From NCBI RefSeq assembly GCF_964213995.1, contig NW_027590578.1, forward strand, positions 62,001-126,000: a stretch of 64,000 bases of DNA. Reading direction: 5' to 3'. Below are positions 36,545-49,218 of the stretch, in pieces. The notes below the pieces were generated by a model, which made no database searches, was not told the DNA's origin, and saw nothing but the letters and a program-made list of their open reading frames with translations. Position 1 is the stretch's first letter. The number at the start of each line of letters is the position of its first letter. The DNA is from Mustelus asterias. Taxonomy: Eukaryota. A program made the translations under genes and the position numbers.

Positions 36545-37767
36545 ATAAGACCATAAGGCATTGGAGCAGAATTAGGCCACTCGGCCCATCGAGTCTGCTC
36601 TGCCATTCAATCCTGGCTGATATTTTTCACATCCCCATTCTCCTGCCTTTTCCCCATAACCCCCTGATCCCCTTATTAATCAAGAACCTATCTATCTCTG
36701 TCTTAAAGACACTCAATGACCCGGCCTCCACAGCCTTCTGCGGCAAAGAGTTCCACAGATTCACCACTCTCTGGCTGAAGAAATTCCTCCTCATCTCTGT
36801 TTTAAAGGATCGTCCCTTTAGCCTGAGGTTGTGCCCTCTGGTTCTAGTTTTTCCCACTAGTGGAAACATCCTCTCCACGTCCACTCTATCCAGGCCTCGC
36901 AGTATCCTGTAAGTTTCAATAAGATCCCCCTCATCCTTCTAAACTCCAACTAGTACAGACCCAGAGTCCTCAACCGTTCCTCATACGACAAGCTCTTCAT
37001 TCCGGGGATCATTCTTGTGAACCTCCTCTGGACCCTTTCCAAGGCCAGCACATCCTTCCTTAGATATGGGGCCCAAAACTGCTCACGATACTCCAAATGG
37101 GGTCTGACCAGAGCCTTATACAGCCTCAGAAATATATCACCGCTCTTGTATTCTAGCCCTCTCGACATGAATGCTAACATTGCATTTGCCTTCCTAACTG
37201 CCGACTGAACCTGCACATTAACCTTAAGAGAATCTTGAACAATGACTCCCAAATCCCTTTGTGTTTCTGATTTCCTAAGCATTTCCCCATTTAGAAAATA
37301 GTCTATGCCTCCATTCCTCCTTCCAAAGTGCATAACCTCACACTTTTCCACATTGTATTCCATCTGCCACTTCTTTGCCCACTCTCCTAACCTGTCCAAG
37401 TCCTTCTGCAGCCCCCCCTGCTTCCTCAATACTACCTGTCCCTCTACATACCTTTGTATCATCCGCAAACTTCGCAACAGTGCCTTCAGTTCCTTCCTCC
37501 AAATCGTTAATGGATATTGTGAAAAGTTGTGTTCCCAGCACTGACCCCTGAGACTCACCACTGGTCACCAGCTGCCATCCTGAGAGAGACCCCTTTATCC
37601 CCACTCTCTGCCTTCTGTCAGTCAACCAATCCTCTATCCATGCCAGGATCTTACCCTGAACACCATGGGCTCTTCACTTATTTATCTAACTTCCTTGTTA
37701 CCTCCACAAAGAACTCTAACAGATTTGTCAGACATAACCTCCCCTTGACAAAGCCGTGCTGACTCAG
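36545..37767 (-). mobile_element. CR1 LINE RT and 3' fragment
   Basis: AKFADDTK, WQMEYNVEKC, LERVQRRFTRM, and a (TCTTATGG) tail. Confidence 0.88.
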
Positions 37768-40045
37768 TGGCAAATAGTGACCACAATTCTGTTAGCTTTA
37801 GGATAGTGATGGAAAAGGATGAGTGGTGTCCCAAGGGTAAGGTGTTGGATTGGGGGAAGACTAACTTTAGTGGGATTAGGCAGAAATTGGCAGCTGTTGA
37901 TTGGGAGAGGCTGTTTGAGGGTAAATCCACATCTGGCATGTGGGAGTCTTTTAAGGAACAGTTGTTAGGGCTGCAGGATAGGCATGTGCCTGTAAAAAAG
38001 AAGGATAGGAAGGGTAGGATTCGAGAACCGTGGATAACCAGGGAAATTGAGGGATTGGTCAAAAAGAAAAGAGAGGCGTACATTAGGTCCAGGCAGCTAA
38101 AAACGGAGGGAGCTCTGGAGGAATACAAAGAAAGTAGGAAAGAACTCAAACAAGGAATTAGAAGGGCAAAAAGGGGTCACGAAATGTCCTTGGCAGACAG
38201 GATTAAGGAGAATCCCAAGGCATTTTATTCATACGTTCGGAACAAAAGGGTTGCCAGGGAAAAAATCGGACCTCTCAGGGACAAAAGTGGGGAATTATGC
38301 TTAGAACCCAAAGAAGTAGGGGAGATACTAAATGAATACTTTGCGTCGGTATTCACAAAGGAGAGGGATGTGTTGACTGGGAGTGTCTCGGAGGGGAATG
38401 TTGACCCGTTGGAGAAAATCTCCATTACAAGGGAGGAAGTGTTAGGTTTGTTAGGGAATATAAAGACTGACAAATCCCCAGGGCCTGATGGAATCTATCC
38501 AAGGCTGCTCAGGGAGACGAGAGACGCAAATCTTTGTCTCGTCACTGGACATGGGTGAGGTCCCAGAGGATTGGAGGATAGCTAATGTGGTCCCGTTATT
38601 TAAGAAAGGTAGGAAGGATAACCCGGGAAATTATAGGCCGGTGAGCTTGACGTCCGTGGTAGGGAAGTTGTTGGAGAGGATTCTTAGAGATAGGATGTAT
38701 GCGCATTTAGAAAGGAATAAACTCATTAACGATAGCATGGTTTTGTGAGAGGGAGGTCATGCCTCACTAACCGGGTGGAGTTTTTTGAAGAAGTGACTAG
38801 AATGGTTGACGAGGAAAAGGCCGTGGATGTCGTCTATATGGACTTTAGTAAAGCGTTTGACAAAGTCCCTCATGGTAGGTTGGTGCAAAAGGTTGGATCT
38901 CATGGGATAAAGGGGGAGGTGGCTAGATGGGTGGAGAACTGGCTTGGTCATGGAATGTTGTGTTCCTGGTGTAACCTGGTGTTGTGAGACTTCTTACCTT
39001 GGTCATGGAAGACAGAGGGTGGTAGTGGAAGGGTCTTTTTCCGGCTGGATGCCTGTGACTAGTGGTGTTCCGCAGGGCTCTGTATTGGGACCTCTGCTGT
39101 TTGTGATTTTTAAAAACGATCTGGAAGAAGGTGTAATTGGGGTGATCAGTAAGTTTGCGGAAAACACGAAAATGGCTGGAGTTGCAGATAGTGAGGAACA
39201 TTGTCAGAGACTACAGAAGGATATAGATAGGCTGGAAATTTGGCAGATGGAGTTCAATCCAGATAAATGCGAAGTGATGCATTTTGGTAGAACTAATGTA
39301 GGGGGGAGCTATATGATAAATGGCAGAACCATAAAGGGTGTAGATGCAGAGGGATCTGGGTGTGCAAGTCCACAGATCCTTGAAGGTGACGTCACAGGTG
39401 GAGAAGGTAGTGAAGAAGGCATATGGCATGCTTGCCTTTATAGGACGGGGCATAGAGTATAAGAGTTGGGGTCTGATGTTGCAGTTGTATAGAACGTTGG
39501 TTTGGCCGCATTTGGAATACTGCGTCCAGTTCTGGTCGCCGCACTACCAGAAGGACGTGGAGGCTTTAGAGAGAGTACAGAGGAGGTTTACCAGGATGTT
39601 GCCTGGTATGGAACGGCTTAGTTATGAGGAGAGATTGGGTAAACTGGGGTTGTCCTCACTGGAAAGACGGAGGATGAGGGGTGACCTAATAGAGGTGTAT
39701 AAAATTGTGACAGGCATAGATAGGGTGAACGGTGGGAAGCTTTTTCCCAGGTCAATGGTGATGTTCACGAGGGGTCATAGGTTCAAGGTGAGGGGGGGGA
39801 GGTTTAACACGGATATCAGAAGGACATATTTTACACAGAGGGTGGTGGGGGCCTGGAATGCGCTGCCGGGCAAGGTGGTGGAGGCGGACACACTGGGAAC
39901 GTTTAAGACTTATCTAGCTAGCCACATGAACGGAGTGGGAACGGAGGGATACAAAAGAATGGTCTAGTTTGGAGCAGGGAGCGGCGCGGGCTTGGAGGGC
40001 CGAAGGGCCTGTTCCTGTGCTGTATTGTTCTTTGTTCTTGTTCTT
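37768..40045 (+). mobile_element. HER1/CR1 LINE ORF2 (EN end, linker, RT), frameshifted
   Basis: SDHNSVSF through 3' tail (TTCTTTG)n. ORFs 37767-39967. Confidence 0.92.
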
Positions 40046-40064
40046 TGTTCATTTTCGATGTTTT

Positions 40065-40640
40065 TGTGTCTTCCATCTTCTTCCAAATGTGCATACATCC
40101 TGTCCCTCAGTATCTTCTCCAAAAGCTTCCCCACCACTGACACCACCGGCCTATAATTTCCTGGATTACTCCTTCCTTTCTTGAACAAGGGAACAACATT
40201 GGCCATTCTCCAGTCATCTGGAACCTCGCCTGTGGTCAAAGACGATGTGAAGATATCTGTTAAGACCCCAATTTTTCTCCCCTTGCCTCCCTCAGTAACC
40301 TGGGGTAGATCCCATTCAGCCCCGAAGATTTGTCTACCTTAATGTAATTTAGAACTATGACTTGTGAACCAGACCTATCCTTTTCCATAACTGTTTTAAT
40401 AGAATTATGGTCACTGGTCTCAAAATGCTCTCCCACTAACATTTCAGTCACTTGCTCTGCCTTACTTCCCAAGAGATTCAGTTTTGCCCCTTTTCTTGCA
40501 GGGCCATCTACATATTGATTGAGAAATCTTTCCTGAACACACTTAACAAATTCCTCCCCGTTTAAGCCCTTAACGCTACAGCAGTCCCAGCCTATGTTTG
40601 GAAAGTTAAAATCCCCGAATACAACCCTATTATTCTTGCA
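40065..40640 (-). mobile_element. Degraded CR1 fragment
   Basis: [19 protein letters not shown] and SDHNSI motifs. Confidence 0.7.
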
Positions 40641-40735
40641 GTGTGTGATACAGAGACAGTCCCGCAGAGGGAGACTGCTGACAGTGAGATTGTGGGAGTG
40701 TGAGTGTGTATGTGTGTGTGTGTGTGAGAGAGAGT

Positions 40736-40766
<31 letters not shown>

Positions 40767-40831
40767 CGAGTGTGATACAGAGACAGTCCCGCAGAGGGAG
40801 ACTGCTGATAGTGAGAGTGTGTGAGTGTGTA

Positions 40832-40863
<32 letters not shown>

Positions 40864-41330
40864 TGAGTGTGTGTGTGTGTGAGAGCGAGTGTGTGTGAGT
40901 GAGAGTGTGATACAGAGACAGTCCCGCAGAGGGAGACTGCTGATAGTGAGAGTATGTGAGTGTGTATGTGTGTGTGTGTGTGTGAGAGGGAGTGAGTGTG
41001 TGTGTGAGAGCGAGTGTGTGTGAGTGAGAGTGTGATACAGAGACAGTCCCGCAGAGGGAGACTGCTGATAGTGAGAGTGTGTGAGTGTGTATGTGTGTGT
41101 GAGAGGGAGTGAGTGTGTGTGTGAGAGCGAGTGTGTGTGAGTGAGAGTGTGATACAGAGACAGTCCCGCAGAGGGAGACTGCTGATAGTGAGAGTGTGTG
41201 AGTGTGTATGTGTGTGTGTGTGAGAGGGAGTGAGTGTGTGTGTGAGAGCGAGTGTGTGTGAGTGAGAGTGTGATACAGAGACAGTCCCGCAGAGGGAGAC
41301 TGCTGATAGTGAGAATGTGGGAGTGTGAGT

Positions 41331-41371
<41 letters not shown>

Positions 41372-41500
41372 TGAGTGTGTGTGTGTGTGAGTGAGAGTGT
41401 GATACAGAGAATCCAGCAGAGGGGGACTGCTGATAGTGAGTGTGTGTGTATGTGAGTGTGAGTGCGTGTGTGCGTGAGCTTGTGTTTTTGTGTGAGTGTG
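40641..41500. repeat. Compound tandem repeat: ~45-bp core plus variable (TG/GA)n spacer, ~7 units of ~120 bp
   Basis: Core gtgtgatacagagacagtcccgcagagggagactgctgatagtgaga. Diverged copies at ~41846 and ~42870. Confidence 0.85.
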
Positions 41501-41504
41501 GGTG

Positions 41505-41835
41505 TGATGCACGATATAACTCACGAGGCTAGAGGTGCTCGAGGAAATAAAGGCTTTTATTAACTACTACAATAGAGCTACCATATATAATACACGATCC
41601 CAGACTGAGGGGTCCCAGACAGAGCAGTGACCTTTATACCTCTCCCAGGAGGCGGAGCCCGACTGGGATGTACCATAATAACTATAATACAGGTAGAACA
41701 GCCCAACCCGAACCCCAACAGTAACATGTAGAACAGCCCAACCCGAACCCCAACAGTAACATATATACAGACTCATAGTACTGGCCAGACCCTGGCTCAG
41801 TACTACCTGGTGGGAACCAACGATGGTTCACCACA
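41505..41835 (-). mobile_element. Solo LTR (331 bp) with 5-bp TSD GGGTG
   Basis: TG...CA ends. TSD at 41500-41504 and 41836-41840. TATAAA and AATAAA on the minus strand. Internal ~35-bp duplication. Confidence 0.75.
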
Positions 41836-41919
41836 GGGTGTGAGAGTGTGCTACAGAGAATCCTGCAGAGGGAGACTGCTAGAAGAATTGAGACTGTGTG
41901 TGTATTTGTGTGTGTTCAT

Positions 41920-42824
41920 TCATTTTATTTATTAGTGTCACAAGTAAGCTTACATTAACACTGCAATGAAGTCACTGTGAAAATCCCCTCGTCGCCACAC
42001 TCCGGCGCCTGTTCGGGTAACACTGAGGGAGAATTTAGCACGGCCCAATGCACCCTAACCAGCACGTCTTTGGGACAGTGGGAGGAAACCGGAGCACCCG
42101 GAGGAAACCCACGCAGACACGAGGAGAATGTGCAAACTCCACACAGACAGTGACCCGAGCCGGGAATCGAACCCGGGTCCCTGGCGCTGTGAGGCAGCAG
42201 TGCTTTACAAGTATGTTGCCGGGACTAGTGAGTTATAGGGAGAGGTTGGCCAGGCTAGGAATTTATTCCTTGGAACGTAGGAGAATGAGGGGTGACGGTA
42301 CTGAGGTGTATTAAATCATGAGGGGATGATGAATAGGCTGACCCCACATAGTCTTTTTCCCAGGGTAGGGGAATTGAAAACAGGAGGGTAAGGTGAGAGG
42401 GGAAAGATTTAAAAGGGACCTGAGGGGCAACGTCTTCGCGCAGAGGGTGGTGTGTACATGGAATGAGCTGCCAGAGAAAGTGGTTGGGACAGGTTCAATA
42501 GCAACATTTTAAAAGTCTTTGGATAAGTGTAGAATCATATAATCACAGGATCCGACAGTGCAGAAGGAGGCCATTCAGCCCATTGAGTCTGCACCGACCA
42601 CAATCCCACATGGGCCCTATCCCCGTAACCCCATTCATTTACCCTAACTAGTACATGGATGGGAAAGGATGAAAGGAATATGGGCCAAGCGTGGGCAATT
42701 GGGAATAGCTGGGAGGGCATCATGGTTGGCAGGGACCACTTGGGCCGAAGGGCCTGTTTCCGTGCTATATTGCTCTCTGACTTGAAGACTCTCTACGCTA
42801 ACCACAGTGTTACCCTGCTGCCCT

Positions 42825-42867
<43 letters not shown>

Positions 42868-44042
42868 ATGTGATACACAGAGAATCCAGCAGAGGGACTA
42901 TAAGACCATAAGACATCGGAGCAGAATTAGGCCACTCGGCCCATCGAGTCTGCTCCGCCATTCAATCCTGGCTGATATTTTTCTTATCCCCAATCTCCTT
43001 TTCCCCATGACCCCTGATCCCCTTATTAATCAAGAACCTATCTATCTCTGTCTTAAAGACACTCAATGACCCGGCCTCCACAGCCTTCTGCGGCAAAGAG
43101 TTCCACACATTCACCACTCTCTGGCTGAAGAAATTCCTCCTCATCTCTGTTTTAAAGGATCGTCCCTTTAGCCTGAGGTTGTGCCCTCTGGTTCTAGTTT
43201 TTCCCACTAGTGGAAACATCCTCTCCACGTCCACTCTATCCAGGCCTCGCAGTATCCTGTAAGTTTCAATAAGATCCCCCCCTCATCCTCATCACAAGGG
43301 GGCATAACTATAGAGTTCGTGGTGGGAGATATAGGAAGGATATCAGAGGTAGGTTCTTTACCCAGAGAGTGGTTGGGGTGTGGAATGGACTGCCTGCAGT
43401 GATAGTGGAGTCGGACACTTTAGGAACATTTAAGCGGTTATTGGATAGGCACATGGAGCACACCAGGATGATAGGGAGTGGGATAGCTTGATCTTGGTTT
43501 CAGATAAAGCTCGGCACAACATCGTGGGCCGAAGGGCCTGTTCTGTGCTGGACTGTTCTATGTTTCTATGTTCTATCTATCCTTCTAAACTCCAACGAGT
43601 ACAGACCCAGAGTCCTCAACCGTTTCTCATACGACAAGCTCTTCATTCCAGGGATCATTCTTGTGAACCTCCTTGCTTGTGGTGTATCTAAATGATCTGG
43701 AGGAAAAAGTACGTGGACTGATTAATAAGTTTGCGGATGACACAAATGTTGGTGGAGTTGCTGATAGTGCCGGGGATTGTCAGAGGATACAACAGAATAT
43801 AGATAGATTGGAGACTTGGGCACAGAAACGGCAGATGGAGTTTAATCCATTTGCCAATTGGGGGAGAGCGGATTTTCCTAAAATAAGACAGGTAGACTGG
43901 GGAACAGCGACTAATTGGAAAAGCTACAGGAGAGGAGTGGGGGCCATTCAGGAAGGAAATGGGGAGGGTGCAAACCCAGCCTGTTTCCTCCAGGGTGATA
44001 GGTAGGAATAACAAGCCCAGAGAACCATGGATGACCAGAGAT
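41920..44042. mobile_element. Nested V-SINE and CR1 3' fragments in both orientations
   Basis: SINE at 41920-42205 (minus). CR1 tails at 42205-42770 (plus). CR1 42898-43672 (minus) is interrupted by 43290-43575 (plus). RT piece at 43673-43848. Confidence 0.75.
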
Positions 44043-45030
44043 ATGATGTGGAGATGCCGGCGTTGGACTGGGGTGAACACAGTAAGAAGTCTCACAACAC
44101 CAGGTTAAAGTCCAACAGGTTTATTTGGTAGCAAATACCATAAGCTTTCGGAGCGCTGCTCCTTCGTCAGATGGAGTGGAAATCTGCTCTCAAACAGGGC
44201 ACGGAGACACAAAATCAGGTTACAGAATACTAATTAGAATGCGAATCCCTAAAGCCAGCCAGGTCTTAAAGGTACAGATAATGTGGGTGGAGGGAGCATT
44301 AAACACAGGTTAAAGAGATGTGTATTGTCTCCAGACAGAACAGCTAGTGAGATTCTGCAAGTCCAGGAGGCAAGCTGTGGGGGTTACTGATAATGTGACA
44401 TAAATCCAACATCCCGGTTTAGGCCGTCCTCATGTGTGCGGAACTTGGCTATCAGTTTCTGCTCAGCGACTCTGCGCTGTCGTGTGTTGTGAAGGCCGCC
44501 TTGGAGAACGCTTACCTGAAGATCAGAGGCTGAATGCCCGTGACTGCTGAAGTGCTCCCCCACAGGAAGAGAACACTCTTGCCTGGTGATTGTCGAGCGG
44601 TGTTCATTTATCCGTTGTCGTAGCGTCTGCATGGTTTCCCCAATGTACCATGCCTCGGGACATCCTTTCCTGCAGCGTATCAGGTAGACAACGTTGGCCG
44701 AGTTGCAAGAGTAGGTACTGTGTACCTGGTGGATGGTGTTCTCACGTGAGATGATGGCATCCGTGTCGATGATCCGGCACGTCTTGCAGAGGTTGCTGTG
44801 GCAGGGTTGTGTGGTGTCGTGGTCACTGTTCTCCTGAAGGCTGGGTAGTTCGACAATCACCAGGCAAGACTGTTCTCTTCCTGTGGGGGAGCACTTCAGC
44901 AGTCACAGGCATTCGGCCTCTGATCTTCGGGTAAGCGTTCTCCAAGGCGGCCTTCACGACACACAACAGCGCAGAGTCGCTGAGCAGAAACTCATAGCCA
45001 AGTTCCGCACACATGAGGAGGGCCTAAACC
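44043..45030 (-). mobile_element. Penelope-like element 3' part with GIY-YIG endonuclease, inverted terminal piece and hammerhead motif
   Basis: NVVYLIRCRKGCPEAWYIGET...RINEHRS...EHFSSHGH...EQKLIAKFRTHEDGLNRD (44384-44860). Inverted copy at 44852-45025. Confidence 0.88.
44138..44174 (-). ncRNA. Minimal hammerhead ribozyme motif (Penelope-associated)
   Basis: Minus strand reads ccat-CTGACGA-aggagcagcgctcc-GAAA-gcTTA-tgg. Confidence 0.65.
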
Positions 45031-45034
45031 GTCC

Positions 45035-45413
45035 TCTTCCAGGGACCGTATCCCTCTATTCCCATCCTATTCATGTATTTGTCCAGGCGCCCCTTAAAAC
45101 TCACTGTCGTATCTGCTTCCACTACCTCCCCCGGCAGCGAGTTCCAGGCACCCACCACCCTCTGTGTAAAAAATCTGCTTCGTACATCTCCTTTAAACCT
45201 TGCCCCTCGCACCTTAAACCTGTGCCCCCGAGTAATCGACTCTTCCACCCTGGGGAAAAAGCTTCTGACTATCCACTCTGTCCATGCCCCTCATAATCTT
45301 GTAGACTTCTATCAGGTCGCCCCTCAACCTCCATCGTTCCAGTGAGAACAAAACCAAGTTTCTCCAACTTCTCCCCATAGCTAATGCCCTCCATACCAGG
45401 CAACATCCTGGTA
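45035..45413 (-). mobile_element. CR1 LINE 3' fragment
   Basis: LFSLERWRLRGDLIEVYK...TRGHRFKV...FFTQRVVGAWN. Confidence 0.8.
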
Positions 45414-47800
45414 AAGGACCATCTGGTCCTTTAGGGAATAAAATCTGCCGTCCTGGCCTGATCAGGCCTCCATGGTTTTGGGAGGAAGCCGCAGCACTCG
45501 GAGGAAACCCACGCAGACCTCCTGCAGTCTGGCCCACACGTTATTTATAGAATCATAAAATGATAGATTCACCACAGTGCAAGAGGAGGCCATTCAGCCC
45601 ATCGAGTTGGCGCCGGCTACAATCCCACCCAGACCCGATCCCCGTAACCACATTCATTTACCCTAGCTAGTCCCGCTGACACTAAGGGACAATTTAGCAT
45701 GGACAATCCACCTAACCTGTACATCTTTGGACACTAAGGGACAATTTAACATGGCCAATCCACCTAACCTGTACATCTTTGGACACTAAGGGACAATTTA
45801 ACATGGACAATCCACCTAACCTGTACATCTTTGGACACTAAGGGACAATTTAACATGGCCAATCCACCAAATATTCACATCTGTGGAGTGTGGGAGGAAA
45901 CCGGAGCACCCGGAGGAAACCCATGCAGACATGGGAAGAACAAGCAGACTCCGCACAGACAGTCACCCAAAGCTAAAGTAAAGTTAAAGTTTATTTATTA
46001 GTCACAAGTAGGCTTACATTAACACTGCATTGAAGTTAGGCTGGATTTGAACCTGGGTCCCTGGTGCTATGAGGCAGTAGTGCTAACCTCTGTGCCACTG
46101 GGCGAGTAACCCAGAGACCCAGGGTGATGCTCTGGGGATCCGGGTTCGAATCCCACCACAGCAAATGGTGAAATTTAAATTCAATAAGAATCTGGAATTC
46201 AAAGTCTAATGATGACCATGAAACCATTGTCGATTGTGGTGAAAAACCCATCTGGTTCACCATCTGGTCCTTTAGGGAAGGAAATCTGCCATCCTCACCT
46301 GGTCTGGCCTTCATGTTATTTATAGAATCATAGAATCGCAACAGGGCAGAAGGAGGCCATTCAGCCCATTGAGTCAGCGCCAACCACAATCCCACCCAGG
46401 TGCTATTCCCATAACCACATTCATTAACCCTAGCTAGTCCTGCTGACATGAAGGGGCAATTTAGCATGGCCAATGCACCTAACCCGCAAAGATTTGGACA
46501 CTAAGGGGCAATTTAGCATGGCCTATTCACATAACCAGTATGTCCTTGGACAATAAGGGACAATTTAGCATGGTCAATCCTTCTAACCTACACATCTTTG
46601 GACATTAAGAGTCAATTTAACATGCCGAATCCACCTATCCAGCGCATCTTTAGACACGAAGGGGCAACTTAGCATGGGCAATCCCCCTAAACTATACATC
46701 ATTGCACACTAAGAGACAATTTAGTGTGGTCAATCCACCTAACCTACACATCTTTGGACACTAAGGGGAAATTTAGCATGGCCAATCCACCAAACCTGTA
46801 CATCTTTGGACATTAAGGGGCAATTTAGCATGGCTAATCACCTCACCTGCAGATCTTTGGACACTAAGGGACAATTAAGCATGGCCAATCCACCTAACCA
46901 GCATATCTTTGGACACTAAGGGGCAATTTAGCATGGCCAATCCACCTAACCAGCATATCTTTGGACACTAAGGAGCAATTTACCATGGGCAATCCACCTA
47001 ACCAGCACATCTTGGGACACGAAAGGGCAATTTTAGCATGGCCAATCCACCTAACCAGCTCATCTTTGGACACTAAGGGACAATTTATCATGGCCAATCC
47101 ATCTAACCAGCATGTCTTTGGACACAAAGAGACAATTTAGCATGGCCAAACCCCGTAAACTACACATGTTTGGACACTAACGGCCAGTTTATCATGGTGA
47201 ATCCCCTTAACCTGCACATCCTGTGACTATCAGGGGCAATTTAGCATGGCCATTCCACCTAACGTGCACATCTTTGGACATTAAGGGACAAATTAGCATG
47301 GCCAATCCCCCTAACCTGCACATCTTTGGACACTAAGGGGCAATTTAGCATGGCCAATCCATCTAGTCTACATGTCTTTGGAAACTAAGGGGCAATTTAG
47401 CATGGCCATTCCACCCAACATGCATATCTTTGGACATTAGTGGGAAATTTAGCATGGCTAATCCCCTTAACCTGCACATCTTGTGACACTAAGGGGCAAC
47501 TGAGCACGGCCAATACACCTAACCTGCACATCTTTGAACACTAAAGATCAATTTAACATGACTAATCCACCTAACCGGCACATCTGTGGAGTGTGGGAGG
47601 AAACGGCAGCACTCAGAGGAAACCCACGCAGACCTCACACGGTCTGGCCCACACGTTATTTATAGAATCACAGAATGATAGAATCCCTACAGTGCAGAAG
47701 GAGGCCATTCAGCCCATCGAGTCGGCACCGACCACGATCCCACGCATGCCCTATTCCCGTAACCACATTCATTTACCCTAGCTAGTTCCGCTGACACTAA

Positions 47801-48108
47801 CGTTCCTTCAGAAGGAACTCTACTAAATGCATCTAATGAAAATACAACAAAACTTACTCCAACTTATAAATGAAAGAAAGGGTTTAATAAAGAAACGTCA
47901 TTGCTCCAAACTTGGGGCCTCACCCTGGGCCACTCCAAGCTCCCCACAATTCAACACAGTTCCTTATTTATCGTGAATCAGCTGGTCAGCTGACTATTAC
48001 ATCACTGTATGATTGGTTCCATGGCTTACTGGGTCAGCTGGCCATTAAATCTTGTTCCCATTGGTCATATTACATCCAATCAAAGTTGTCACCGGATACA
48101 TTCTAACA
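47801..48108 (-). mobile_element. Solo LTR-like insertion (308 bp) with 5-bp TSD ACTAA
   Basis: TSD at 47796-47800 and 48109-48113. Ends (C)GTT...AACA. Confidence 0.65.
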
Positions 48109-48711
48109 ACTAAGGGGCAATTTAGCATGGCCAATCCACCTAACCCGCACATCTTTGGACACTAAGGGGCAATTTAGCATGGCCAATCCCTCTAATCTGC
48201 CTCTATTTGGACACACGTTATTAATAGAATCACAGAATGATAGAATCCCTACAGTGCAGAAGGAGGCCATTCAGCCCATCGAGTCGGCACCGACCACGAT
48301 CCCACGCATGCCCTATTCCCGTAACCACATTCATTTACCCTAGCAAGTCCCACTGACACTAAGGGGCAATTTATCATGGCCAATCCACCTAACCTGCACA
48401 TCTTTGGACACTAAGGGGCAATTTATCATGGCCAATCCACCTAACCTGCACATCTTTGGACACTAAGGGGCAATTTATCATGGCCAATCCACCTAACCTG
48501 CACATCTTTGGACACTAAGGGGCAATTTATCATGGCCAATCCACCTAACCTGCACATCTTTGGACACTAAGGGGCAATTTATCATGGCCAATCCACCTAA
48601 CCTGCACATCTTTGGACACTAAGGGGCAATTTATCATGGCCAATCCACCTAGCCTGCACATCTTTGGACACTAAGGGGCAATTTAGCATGGCCAATCCAC
48701 CTAACCAGCAC

Positions 48712-49218
48712 ATAGAGTCATAGACGTTTACGGAATGGAAACAGGCCCTTCGGCCCAACTTGTCCATGCCGCCCTTTTTTTTAAAAACCCCTAAGCTAAT
48801 CCCAATTGCCCGCGTTTGGCCCATATCCCTCTATACCCATCTTACCCATGTAACTGTCTAAATGCTTTTTAAAAGATAAAATTGTACCCGCCTCTACTAC
48901 TACCTCTGGCAGCTCGTTCCAGACACTCACCACCCTCTGTGAGAAAAAATTGCCCCTCTGGACACTTTTGTATCTCTCCCCTCTCACCTTAAACCTATGA
49001 CCTCTAGTTTTAGACTCCCCTACCTTTGGGAAAAGATATTGACTATCTCGCTGATCTGTGCCCCTCATTATTTTATAGACCTCTATAAGATCACCCCTCA
49101 GCCTCCTACGCTCCAGAGAAAAAAGTCCCTGTCTATCCAGCCTCCCCTTATAACTCAATCCATCAAGTCCCGGTAGCATCCTAGTAAATCTTTTCTGCAC
49201 TCTTTCTAGTTTGATAAT
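48712..49218 (-). mobile_element. CR1 LINE 3' fragment
   Basis: IIKLERVQKRFTRMLPGL...GNWD*. Confidence 0.85.

Noticed and set aside
40592-41524. 310-aa His/Thr-rich ORF and CRISPR-like repeat/spacer look
   Set aside because: Spacers are TG microsatellite rather than unique sequence, there are no cas genes, and the DNA is vertebrate.
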